The notes beneath the pieces were generated by a model. The model saw only the letters and a program-made list of their open reading frames with translations, had not been told where the DNA came from and did no database searches. Shown in pieces: positions 13,196-26,081 of a DNA stretch of 64,000 bases. The stretch comes from Mobula hypostoma (taxonomy: Eukaryota): contig NC_086107.1 in the NCBI RefSeq assembly GCF_963921235.1, positions 94,676,001-94,740,000 of the forward strand, in the 5' to 3' direction. Numbering within the stretch: position 1 is the first letter of the stretch; the number at the start of each line of letters is the position of its first letter. The translations under genes and the position numbers were made by a program.

Positions 13196-14950
13196 TAAGA
13201 TCATAAGACATAGGAACAGAATTTGGCTATTTGGCCCAACGAGTCTGCTCCACCATTCCATCATGGCTGATTTTCCCCTCTCAACCCCATTGTCTTGCCC
13301 TCTCCCCATAACCATTGACACCCTGACTAATCAAGAACATATCAACCTCTGCTTTAAATATGCTCAATATCTTGCCCTCTACAGCCATCCGTGGCAATGA
13401 ATTCCACAGATTCACTACCCTCTGGTTAAAAAAATTCCTCCTCATCTGTTCAAAATGGTTATTCCTCTACTCTAAGGCTGTGCCCTCTGGTCATAAACTC
13501 CCCCACTATAGGAAACATCGTCCCTATCGATACTCTATACATTTCAATAAGGCCCCCACCCCGTCTCATTCCTCTAAACTCCAGCGAGTACAGGCCGAGA
13601 GTCATCAAACACTGCTCATACATTAACCCACTAACTCCCAAAATAATCCTTGTGAACCACCTCTGGACCCTCTCCAATGTCAGCACATCCTTTCTTAGAC
13701 AAGGGGCCCAAACCTCTCACAATACTCCAAATGTGGTCTAACCAATGCCTTATAAAGCCACAGCTTTACATCCTTGCTTTATTCTAGTCCTCCCGAAATG
13801 AATGCTTTGTCACCACTGACACAGCCTGTGAGTTGACCTTTAGGGGAATTCTGCACAAGGACTCCCAATTCCTTGTACCTTTGATTTTTCAATTTTCTCC
13901 TCATTTAGAAAATAGACTACGCTTTTATTCCCTCCACTATATTCTATCTGCCGTTTCTTTGCCCATTCTCCCAGTCCGTCCTCCTTCTGCAGACTCCCTG
14001 CTTCCTCAACACTACCCACCCTTCCACCTACCTTTGTATCAATTGCAAACTTGGCCACAAAGCCATCAGTTCCATCATCCAAATTACTGACATACAATGT
14101 GAAAAGAAGCGGTCCCAACACTGACCTCTGTCACCAGCAGCCAACCAGAATAGGACACCTTTATTCCTACTCTGCCTCCTGCCAGTCAGCCAATCTTCTA
14201 CCTGTGCTAGTATCTTTCCTGTAATACCATCGGCTCTTATCTTGTTAAGTAGCCTCATGTGTGGCACCTTGACAAAGATCTTATATAAATCCAAGTAAAT
14301 AACATACATTGATTTTCCTTTGTCTATACTGGCGGTTAACTACCTGAAGAACTCCAACAGATTTGTCAGGCAAGATTTCGCCTTAAGGAAACCATGGTGA
14401 CTTTGCCCTACTTTATCACACACCACGAAGTACCCAGAACTTCGTCCTTAATAACTAACTCCAACGTCTTCCCAACCACTGAAGTTAGGCTAACTGGTCT
14501 GTAATTTCCTTCCTCTTTCTCCCTCCCTTCTTAAAGAGTGAAGTGACATTTGCCATTTTCCAGACCTCCAAAATAATCTATTGATTCCTGAAAGATCATT
14601 ACTGATGTCTCCACAATCTCTTTAGCTGCCTGTTTCAGAACTCTGGGGTGTAGTCCATCTTGTCCAGGTGACTGTAGCTTTACACCTTTCAATTTGCCAT
14701 GCACCTTCTTAGTAATAGCAACTAAACTCACTTCTGCCCCGACACTCTCGCATTTCTGGCATACTACAGGAATTCTGCAGATGCTGGAAATTCAAGCAAC
14801 ACACATAAAAGTTGCTGGTGAACGCAGCAGGCCAGGCAGCATCTCTAGGAAGAGGTGCAGTTGACGTTTCAGGCCGAGACCCTTCGTCAGGACTAACTGA
14901 AGGAAGAGTGAGGACTGGCATACTGTTAGTTTCTTCCACAGTGAAGAATG
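13196..14950 (-). mobile_element. CR1-type LINE 3' half, degraded
   Basis: 'SPGQDGLHPRVLK', 'IYLDLYKIFVKVPH', 'LGPLLFTLYV...KFAIDTK', 'LERVQR...' fragments. Confidence 0.82.
14858..14895 (-). ncRNA. Minimal type-I hammerhead ribozyme motif in a Penelope-derived unit (14766-14914)
   Basis: Minus strand reads agtc CTGACGA agggtctcggcct GAAA c GTC aactg. The unit is flanked by the 10-bp direct repeat CTGGCATACT. Confidence 0.68.
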
Positions 14951-16817
14951 ACTTGATTGTTGAAGACACGCTTCCTAATAAATTTTGTTCCTCTGAAATG
15001 CAGGGTTAAGTTCAAATTTGATGCTAGTTGTTTTGTTAACTAGGAGGCTGGGACAATTCTGCATTAAGGAATGCCCCTTTTTAATTAGGATTAAAGCAGA
15101 AAAGAGGAGTTTTCTCTATTTACAGCAGCACTTGGTCTGAGGGCCTGCAGATCACAGAGCACTCTGGATCAAAGTGAATTGACCTTACTAGCATTATACT
15201 GGATTGGTGAAGACTGCATTCAGCTCAGCCAAGTATATAATGCTTAGATTGATGGGATCCAGATAGTCAGATGGTTATCACATGAGGTAAGTGATACAAA
15301 CATCCTAACTCCAGCCTTCATTTACGTGCCTGTTAAATGTCATATCGGTTCATAGCCTCCTCTACTGTCATGATGCGGCTGATTTCAAGTTGGAGAGAAA
15401 CACCACATTTTCCATCTGGGTAGCCTCCAACCTGACGGCATGAGCATCAATTTCTCTAACTTCCGGCAGTTTTCTCCCCTTCCCTTCTCTCCTTTCCCAA
15501 TCCCCATTTTGACTCCCTTTTTACACTGTCTTCTCATCTGCTTATCAGCTCCCTCTTCCTTCCCTTTCTCCCATGCTCCACTATCAGATTCTTCCTTCTT
15601 CAGCCCTTTACTAATCTACCTATTATCTTCCAGCTTCTTGCTTCCTCTCCCCCTTACCGGCCAACTTGTCCTCCTCCCCCACCGTATTCTCCCATCTTTT
15701 CCAGTACTGATGAAGGGCCTTAGCCCAAATCAACTGTTTATTTCCCCTCCATAGAAGCTGCCTGACCTGCTGAGTTCCTCCAGTATTTTGTGAGTCTTCC
15801 TCTAGACGTCCAGCAGCTGCAGATTCTCTGGTGTTTAGCAATTGGGAGTTCCCCCATAGATCATCTTGTCTGCCGTCCAGCTGGGATTTGGTCAGGGGAT
15901 TGTGAAGCAGAATGGGAAGCTGAGCAATTAAGTATCAGCACATTTAAGAAAAAGATAAGTTGGCAATTATTAAGTTTGTGAGGTCTTGGACCAAATCATT
16001 GCTTGCATGACTTGGGTAGAGGCTGACACCTAGTAACTGGAAGCAAGCTGGGTGATTTATTTTGGACACTGGGCAGAAAAATGAAATTATTCCAGAAATG
16101 CTGTATGTGAGGAGGAGGACATGCAATTGGGGAGATTTGACAGTGTTGCCAGAAACAAGAATTCTAGCTACACGAAAAATCAGGTGGGCTGGAGTTGCAT
16201 TCCTCCAACATCTTGGTTATTTCCTTTTGAGTTTTAGACCTGGAACAGACAAGTTATAAGGGATGGAAAAATAATGCTTTTCTCTGCTTGAGGCCATTGT
16301 AAACAAGCAGTTAAGGCAGATCAGGAAACGTTTGTGTGATCAGTGATTTGCAGAATAATATGCCAGGACTTGGGAACCAAGTTGCTCACGCTTGCTCTGT
16401 ATTCATATGTCAGAGCAACTCACACGAAATGCTGGAGGATCTCAGCAGGTCTGGCGGCATCCATGGAGGGGAAATAAAGGCAGTATGGGCCGAGACCCTT
16501 CATCAGGACTGGAAAGGATGGGAGAAGCCAGAATAAGAATCTGGGGGGTGGGGAGGGGAACAAATACACATGACAGGTGAGGGGGAAGGAGGGTATGAAG
16601 TAAGAAGCTAGGAGGTGATAGGTGGAAGAGGTAAAGGGCTGAGAAGGAAGGAATCTGATAGAAGGGGAGAGCAGACCATGAGAGAAAGGGAAGGAGGAGA
16701 GTCACCAGAGCGAGGTGATGGGCAAGTGAGAAGAAAAGGGATAAGACGGGAGCCAGAAAGGGGAATGGAAGAGGGTGGATGAGAAATCAATGTTCACGCC
16801 ATCAGGTTAGAACATGA

Positions 16818-16991
<174 letters not shown>

Positions 16992-19990
16992 AAAGCATTC
17001 ACCCAAAGAGGACATCTAAACCAAAGGTCTCTGCACCACCAGGAACCATCCCAAAGCGTGTCTCGACATCACCGCTTTCAAGAATTTTAGGTTATTTTTG
17101 TTGTTTTTAATAATTTAGCCTGTGGATACTAATGACACTATTACCTGGGTGGACTTAGCAAGTCAAATTATACAAGGGAGTCAGATTAATATTGTAAGTT
17201 ACTGATGCAGCCAAAATAGATTAGAGACTGTGGGGTATTGAATCGATTTTTATTGGCAGCTGGTTCATTGATAAATTTACAGGACATCCATCTGTTTAAG
17301 ATTTTCTAAGCTTGGCAATGTGAGAAAGTTAGAGCCACATTAAAACATTTAATGGTTACACAAATGAAGCCACACTGGTGTTAAGTTCCAGTGTGTTGTC
17401 AGGGAGACGACAATACTAACCAGCCAGCTTCCTGTCAAAATCACTTTGTCAAACAGTGATTGGTATCAAAGTTCTTTTCAGGTACAAGATCCCTCATGCT
17501 GGAAAATCTTCAACTTTTGATGAGGCCAGTTACCTTCAAAGTATTTTAGATGCTACTTTATGTACAGAGTTTTTAAACAAAGCCCACACCTTGTGCATCA
17601 TAAACACTTAAGTGAATGCACGAGAATCTCATACCAAACTGGAAAAGTCAAATGCATAAGTAAATAGTACAAGTTAACGCTCTAACATTCCCTGGCTAAC
17701 ACTAAGATCTTGTTAGACTCCTTCATATACCCAATACAAAACATTAACAATAGTTTACTCACCCCAAAACTGTAAATCCCACCTGCAGTACTTACAAACT
17801 GGTTCCATTTTCACAGAAATCCTTCAGTTGATTTTGTTTACAAGTTTCAAAATACACAAAAATCACTAAATATAGTAACCATACCTCTGGCACCATTGTA
17901 ATGAAAGGCATCAAAAGCACATAAGAATTACTAAAAGTGGAGAGAGAAGAGACTAGTTCTGCTGTTGTGTAGGAATTAACATACTATAAAGAGTGTACAT
18001 CAAACTTCTGAAGTTAACAGAAGTTTGTTCAGGTGCCTTTAAGTGGGCATTTATAACTCAGGATGGCCAATACGTGCCAGAGGGCTTTGCAGCCAAGCAT
18101 TCAGGACTTAATTCGGAAACACATGTTCAAATACAGCACCATAGCAGCTGGGGAATTAAATAAACCTTGAATTTAAAAAAGCAAATCTCAGTAAACTTCA
18201 AACACCAGACATCTGTAAAAAGAAATTTCACCCACACTTGTAGGGAAGGAAATCTACTGCCCTCGCTTGGTCTGGCCTGTTTGTAACTCCAGTCTCAGGG
18301 CAGTTCAGCCGGCTGATGCCCCACATCCCAGATACTTTTCACATTGTCCCCTGCAACACACCCACTAATATTGGCCCTAACCACTCTAATAATACTCAAT
18401 CTATTAATATAACCTTTACTGCAACTCTGAGAAATTCTAGACCCCTTAAAGTGACAAGCACAAAAAATACCCTTCAACCATCACAATATGCCCAGGTAAT
18501 TCTCTCCCTCAAAGCATGAAGAACCTCCTACCCATATGAAGGTCTGTACTTTTATTATTGACCATCGACTAACAGCAGAATAGAAAAATGTTAGAATTGC
18601 ACCTTTAGTCAAGACTTGATGAGAAACCTAGTTGCTACCAATGACAAATATTAGCCCTCCTCACCTCTGGTGCAGTTCCAGTACTGTCTTCTTTCAGGTG
18701 CTCAGCAGGTCGGGGGGCATCTATGGAGAGGAATGAACTGTAGATGTTTTGGACTGAAACCCTTCATCAGGTTCAGGGACAGCCTGAAACATCAGCTCTT
18801 TATGCCTCTCCATAGCTGCTGCCTGACTTGCTGAGCTCCTCCAGCATTTTGTGTGTTGCTCTGGATTTCCAGAATCTGTGTCTATGCTCAGCATTCAAAG
18901 CTATTTTTTTCTACATGAAACTGTAATCTCTGTAAATAAACTTATTTTAACTCAAGGGGTAGAGACTATTTGCAGAGTTACTGCAAACTGAGACCTTGAC
19001 ATCCAACGTCATACAAGAGTTCTATCTCCTAAATGAGAAGTTTTTTTTTGTTAAAATCACATTGTTCTATTTGTATTTTTATTGCAAGACCACTCTGAAA
19101 CAGTCAGTAAAGGAGAGTTCCATTTCATTACCACAAACTAGACGATGCTAGTGTAGCAGCAAGAGGAGCTATTGGCAGAGGGGAATAGTCATCCACCAAG
19201 TGCCTTATCATTTATCAATAATCCCTGTGGTCCAATGGATGTGGGAATCTGGCTGTGATTTCTTTTCCATCATCACATCCAACTGTTAATGACCAGCCTG
19301 AGGTTCTGATGGAGAGCATTCAGTGAATATCACAGGTGTACTGTGCCGTAGAACAGTGTCCTGATTTTCCTCAGCACTTAGGAATTATAACAGAACTATT
19401 ATCGTCTGTGGAAGCAAACTCCAACATGTCCCCTATCCTAGAAAGAGAGGAACAAGTAGAAATTGAAACTTGGATAATATATTCCTTACGAAACAGTGCA
19501 GTATTTCATATCCTAAGAGCAGGGGGTTCCCAACCCCTTTTTTTTAAACCATGGACCCCTACCATTAACCAAGGAGTCCCTGGAGTCCAGGTTGGGAGTC
19601 CCCATCCTAGAGAGATATATTCGTGAATTTTGAATAAATTCATTACAGCCACATTTCTAGCCTCCCCCCAAAAGGCAAATTGACCAGGATTTCCAGGTAG
19701 ATGCATTAATTATCCTGGCCAGAGGGGGTAAACTTGAAAGCCATTGTTATACCATCAAACTGACCGTTACAGACAGTTTATTCTCCTTTATTAGTTCAGC
19801 TAAGGAAGAACATTTTGGTTTATAGCTCCCTCCTTATGAACTGTGACGTTATGACAAAAACATCAAAGGAATGTTTTGTTGATTTATACAAAATATATAT
19901 TAACTGACAGGAAGCTACATTCACCAATCTTTGTACACTGCAAACGCTTTTGATTTCAATATGTAGCAATAAATTAACTTGACTGAGACG
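16992..19990 (+). other. Probable long 3' UTR of the PACSIN-family gene
   Basis: Mostly repeat-poor AT-rich sequence after the stop. AATAAA at about 18159, 18935 and 19968; dense repeats resume near 20080. True end unknown. Confidence 0.5.
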
Positions 19991-20329
19991 TTGAATCTTC
20001 TGCTGATTGTGTTCTCTTCACTTGGATCTGCTTATCTGAAGACTAGGAGATAGAAATGAAACAACAGTCTTTAAAGATTAGAGTAATTTTGTCACATGTG
20101 GAATGCGTCATTTGTGTCAAATCAAATCAGCACGGATTGTAGCCCGCAAGTATCAAAGTTCAAAGCAAATATACAAAGTACATACATGTCACCACATATA
20201 ATCCTGGGTTTCATTTTATTGTGGGTTTTCACAGTAAACATAAGAAACAATACAATCAATGAAAGAAAACCCCCGCAGTAAGTATGACAACAACTAATGT
20301 ACAGAAGAACACAAACTGTACAAATACAA

Positions 20330-21970
20330 AATGAGAAAACAATAAATAAGCAATAAATATTGAGAAAATGAGTTATAGAACCTTTGAAAGTGAGTCCATG
20401 GGTTGTAGGAACAATTCAGTAATAGGGCAAGTGATGTTATCTCTTCTGGTTCAAGATCCTGATGGTAGAGGGGTAGTAACTATTCCAGAACCTGGTGGTG
20501 TGGAGTCCAAGTCCTGCACACCACCTTCCTCATGGCAGCATCAAGAAGAGAGCACGACCTGGATGTTGGGGGTCCTTGACGATGGACGCTGTTTTTCTGC
20601 AACAGCGCTCCATGTCGATATGGTCAATAGTGGGAAGGGCAGTACCCATGATGGATTGGGCCGTGCCCACTACTTTTTGCAGCATTTTCCGTTCCAGGGC
20701 ATTGGTTTTTCCACACCAGGACATGATGCAACCAGTCACCATACTCCCCACCTCACATCCACAGAGGTCTGTCAAAGTTTTAGATGACGTGCTGAATTTT
20801 CACTGACTTCTAAGAAAGCAAAAGGCACTGTAATGCTTCCTTCGTAATGGCACTTACGTGCTGGCCCCAGGACAGATCCTCCGAAATGATAACATCCAGG
20901 AACTTGAAGTTGCTGACCCTCTCCGACTCTGATCCCCAATGAGGACTGGCTCCGGTTTCCTCTCCCTGTAATCAACTCCTTGGTCTCGCTGACACTGAGT
21001 GAGAGGTTGCTGTTGTGGCACCACTCAGCCAGATTTTTATTCTCACCTCTACATGCTGATTCGTCACTACCTTTGATTTGGCCAATGACAGTGGTGTCAG
21101 CAAGCTTGAATATGGCATCGGAGCTGTGCTTAGCCTCACAGTCATGTGTAAAGCGAGTACAGCAGGGTGCTGATCACACAGCCCTGTGGTGCACCTGTGC
21201 TGAATCTGAACCAACCGAGGCAATCGAGGATCCAGTATTGAGGCTAAGATCTTTAATCCTATTGATTAGTTTTGAGGGGATGATAGTGTTGAATGCCGAG
21301 CTGCAGGTGATAAAGAACATCCTGATGTATGCATTTTCACTGTTTCAAGTATTCTAGGGTTGAGTGAAAAGCTAATGAAATGTTGTTGACCTTTTGTGAT
21401 GGTAGGCAAATTGGAGCAGATCCAACTCACTTCTCAGGCAGGAGTTGATAGGTTTCATCATCAAACTCTCAAAGCACTTCGTTACAGAGGATGTAAATGC
21501 TACTGGACGATAGGTTCTTCTTAGGCACTGATAATTGAAGCAGGTGGATATCTCAGGCTGCCCAAGTGGGAGGTTAAAGATGTCAGTGAACACACCAGTT
21601 GATCACATGTCTTTAGAGTACTCAGCCAGGATGCCTTCTGTGGGTTCACCCTCCTGAAGGATGCTCTCACATTGGCCTCAAAGACTGAAATCACAGGGTC
21701 ATTGGGAGTTCGTGAAGGTCCTCAGCGGTTTGAGTCAAAGCCAGCAGAGAAGGTACTGAGCTCATCTGGGAGCGAAAGTTATTTTGCTTGGTTTCAGTTC
21801 GTAAGAGGTGATAACATTCCAACCCTGCCACAGCTGTCAGGTATCATTCACTGACTCACGTTTGGTTCAGAATTGCCACTTTGCATGTGACATAGTTTTC
21901 TGGAGATCACACCTGGACCTCTTGTATTTTGCTTGGTTGCTAGATCTGAATGCCACCCGGCCCTGCGTTT
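20330..21970 (-). mobile_element. Rex1/Babar-type LINE remnant between the two convergent gene ends
   Basis: RT remnant YRPVAFTSSVTKCFE...LQFAY and C-terminal 'LQKVVGTAQSIMGTALP...KDPQHPGRALF.LLP'. Confidence 0.75.
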
Positions 21971-22127
21971 ACAAGACCATCTCAGCCTTATTATCATAGC
22001 AATCATTTATGGTAAGATGACATTTTAAACTGCGGCACTCTGAACAATCAAACCACATCAATCCCTCTATTCGAAAACCAGCAATAATTCAATAAACTAA
22101 AGAGTCAATACAACTTTACAACCAATG

Positions 22128-23755
22128 TTTATTAGTTTACCTTGTGAACTAGTTGCTCAATAAACAGAAATTCAGGTCCTCTTTACACTTTTCTATAAAT
22201 GTAACAGACGTTATATATCGCCAATTCTTCTAACTGGAAGCTGCAAAATACTAACTTCTAAATCAGGGGTTCCTGTCTTGGGCCCACAGACCCCTCAGTT
22301 AACGGTAGGGGTCCACGGTATAAAAAAGGTTAAATCCTGTTTTCTGATTCCCGGATAGTTTCTGAAAGGGTCAACCCAAATTTGAGTAAGTGAAGCGGCC
22401 ATTATGATAGGAAGCAAAATGCTGAAATATTGAGAATGGATTTAAGGGAGCACCCCATGGAGTAGGGAACTGAATCTTGTGGGACGCAGCTTATCGCACT
22501 CGTGAGCACAATAATGAGTGATTACAGTAGGACTCCCATAATCGGGACATACGCAGGACTTTAATCATAGCTGGACTGAGAGATTTTCCAGATGGATGCA
22601 TGATTTAGACCTGAAATGTCGACAATTCCTTTACCCCCCCACACAGGTGCTTCTCAGCCTGCTGAGCCCCTCCAGTGGATGGTCCAGTGCCCCTGATTCC
22701 AGTATCTGCAGCCTCTTGTGTCTCCATTCAACCTTTGCTTTTGAAAAATGTACTGAGAGATAAAGCACGCTAACAGGCCCTTCCAGCCCAACGAGCCATT
22801 GCTGCCCAATTACACCCAGGTGGGTGTATTAACCAATTAACCTGCCAACCCGTGCATCTTTGGGGATGTGGGAGGCAACCCAGGCACCCAGAGGAAACCT
22901 ACATGGTCACAGGAAGAACGAACAACTGTTACAGACACTGGCAGAGCTGAACCCAGGTTGCTCGTGTTGTAATAGCACTGTACTAACCACTATACGACCA
23001 TGTCACCCACTGTGCTCCAGCCTTGCTCTGCAGACTCGACACTGCCCTGCCCCACTGTCATTCTCACCCTGCACCGTCTCGAATCTCAGCTACAACACTT
23101 CTGCTTTTTAAAATGTATCTTGAAGCTTCCAGGTTGAAACTAGGGCATTAACAGAACTTCCATCTTTTAGTTATGTTTATTACTTACAAGTAGAGAAATC
23201 CATTGCAGTTCTGCCTTTCGATAAACTTATTTTGTCAGCATGGATCAGAAAAGACCATTTCCATCTGCCACTATTGAGGCTGAAGGCGCTGAGACTGATA
23301 ATAACAAATCTTCACATCCACTGATTCACAGAGGATTTAAGTAATAAACTTTAACTGAGCAAATTAAACTTACTTAATACAACTATTGAGGTTGTAGGCT
23401 GCTTTTCAAATCATTTAAAGAAATTGCAGTAATCAATTTAATACAGATTGAGCAAAAATAATACAAACCAATCAAACTGCAGTACTCAAAAATGCTTCTG
23501 TCCTCTTAAAAGATAGGTTCATAAGAACTGTCTTAATTGCTCTATTCAATCCTCTAATTTTATGAAAAATCTAAATACTGTATATTTTTAAAAATCCCAC
23601 ATACAGACACAAACAGTTCCCAACCGCTGTCCACCTATCTAATTAAGAATTCTTTGGTCTGCATGGGTAGAGAGCATCTCACGACCCTACACAAGTCTAG
23701 GTTTCTCAATGCCACGACCATAACCTTTGACAAGGCAGGTCAAACTTGAGAAGTT
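22128..23755 (-). other. MED25: Probable MED25 3' UTR with candidate poly(A) signals
   Basis: Minus-strand ATTAAA at about 23437-23442, AATAAA at 23176-23181 and 22128-22133. Which is used is unknown. Confidence 0.4.
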
Positions 23756-23859
23756 TTAGATAAGGTCCATCAGAATTTCTTCCTCCAGCAGACTCGTACC
23801 TTGCTGCAGTCCAGCCTGGGCAACTGGACCTCGTGGACCTGAACTCATCATCATTTGAC
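23756..23859 (-). CDS. MED25: MED25 last coding exon: GQMMMSSGPRGPVAQAGLQQGTSLLEEEILMDLI*
   Basis: CAG acceptor (ctg 23860-23862), phase 1, TAA at 23758-23756. Matches the MED25 C-terminus GQM..S.GPRGPV.Q.GLQ....EDDILMDLI. Confidence 0.95.
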
Positions 23860-25876
23860 CTGCAGATTTAAAATGATGAAGGTTTACACCAATACAATCA
23901 TGAGTTCATTTACATTCCTGCTCCCTGAAACTAGAAAATCAAAATAAATACCAAATCCCAAGAGTTATAACTGCTGTGTTATAGTACTGGTGCCCACAGC
24001 AAGGGTGCGGTAGCAATAGACAAACTGGAGAAGAGATGCACCAGCATATTGCCTGCAGTGGAGGATGGTAACCACAAGGAGAGATTGGATAGACACGGTT
24101 TATTCTCACTGAATGGAGGAGGCTGAGAATGACCTTAGAGGCTTATAAAACTATTCAGGGCACAGGATAGGTGGATAGATTATTTCTCAAGGGCAGGGGA
24201 GTCTAGAACCAGACAGTCCAGATTTAAAGTTCAAAGTAAAATTTATTATTGAAGTACACGTTACTATATACTACCTCAAGATTTATTTCTTGCAACCATT
24301 TACAGGAAAATAAAGAAATACAATAGAATTTTTGAAAGACTATATATTACGGTCTGTGACACCACTTCCTGTTGCCTTTTCCATTCCTGGGCTTTGGTAT
24401 TAAAGGAGATATGAAGGACAAGTTTCTTCTCCACACACAGGGTGGTGGTTATGTGGTGTGGTGATAGCAGATAAAATTACAACAATTAAAGGGCATTTGG
24501 ACAAGGTGCTTGGATAGAAAGGCCTGCAGGGAAATGGGCCTCAAAACACATGTAATCACATGTATTACATTAGCATTATGTATAAGTATGTATAAGCATT
24601 ATGGTATCACAGACTAGGTGGCCCGTGATGGATGATCCCATGAAATCAATGTATCTGGGTAAAAATTATTAAAACTTACAAACACCAGTTAGCTCAAGTA
24701 ACTGCTGCTATTGGCCTTACCGGCAAAAACGAAAACGGACTTTTGTGTCACTGCTGCGACAAATAAACAGTGTACGGAATGATTTTGTTGCCTCGTACCA
24801 TTACACCGTTCAAGCTCCAAGCATTGAGGGAGGTTGCAAGTCAAAGTAAATTTATTATCAAAGGATGTATACATCACCGTGTGCCCATTTTCTTGTGGGC
24901 ATTTATTGGAAGATAAAGAAATACAATAGGATGTATAAAATAGGAAAAATTATAAAGACTGACAAACAACCAATGTGCAAAAGGCGACAAATTGTGGAAA
25001 TAATACAAATATATCAGCCCATAACGTTGTGCTGACCTTTTAACCTACTCCAAGATCAATCGAACCCATCCCTCTTACGTAGCCCTCCAATTTTCTTTTA
25101 CCCAGACACCTATCTAATTATTAAATCCCTCTGCCACCCACCACCCTGTGTAAAAGACCCCACGCCTGACATCCTCCAAACACCTTAAAATTAAGGCCCC
25201 TCAATCGTGATCTCCTGTTCTCCCCGTGTCTGTGTAGGGTTTCCTCTCACATCTCAAAGATGTGCTGGTTGGTACATTAATCGCCACCGTAAAGGTGATT
25301 GCTGGAGTCTGGGCAGTTGATGAAAATACGACATTAGATCAGTCTGGGATTAGTTTAAATACATGCTCAACGTTCAGTGTAGACTGAGTCAAAAGGCCGG
25401 TTTGTCTCTCGTTTTTTTTTACCTGACAACACTTAGACAAACTCAAAGGAACACCCTGAGTTCATATACAATGGGACGATGGGCAGACATCACTAAATGG
25501 AAACCAAACCTCGGATGTTCTGTTAAAAGGATCTTCACACACTTTTACTTAGAGACACAGCACAGTAACAGGCTCTTTCATCCCAGTGACTCTGCACTGC
25601 CCAGTCACACCCACGTGACCAATTACTAACCAGTATCTCTTTGGCACGTGGGAGGAAACGCACGCAGTCACGGGGAGAAGCTACAGACTCTTTACGGACA
25701 CTGGTGGACATTAACTCGGGTCGCTGGCTGTGTAATAGGGCTACACTAACTGCTACAATACTGCGCCGCCCCCATGATCTTACGATCATGCCTCATGTCC
25801 ATTCTCCCATCCAATCCCAAATTTACACATCACTAACGGGATATTTGATGCTCCAAAGCGGAATTGGACTTCTTAC

Positions 25877-26081
25877 CTTGTAAAGGCGGTCGCTGTGCCA
25901 TCTGACTGCCCCATGGTTGCCCAGGACCTTGGTGCAGCAGCTGCTGTCCTTGCATCTGCAGCTGCTGTCCTTGGGCGTGATGGGGCATCTGTTGACCCAT
26001 GGGCTGGTGAGACATCATCTGAGAGGCTTGCTGCTGGATGTGGTGCATGGGTTGTTGGGCCTGTGGAACTCCACTCTGCGA
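25877..26081 (-). CDS. MED25: MED25 exon, Q/H/M-rich: SQSGVPQAQQPMHHIQQQ...GPGQPWGSQMAQRPPLQ
   Basis: TAG acceptor (cta 26082-26084), GTAAG donor (cttac 25872-25876); 205 bp, phase 0 to 1. Confidence 0.9.
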
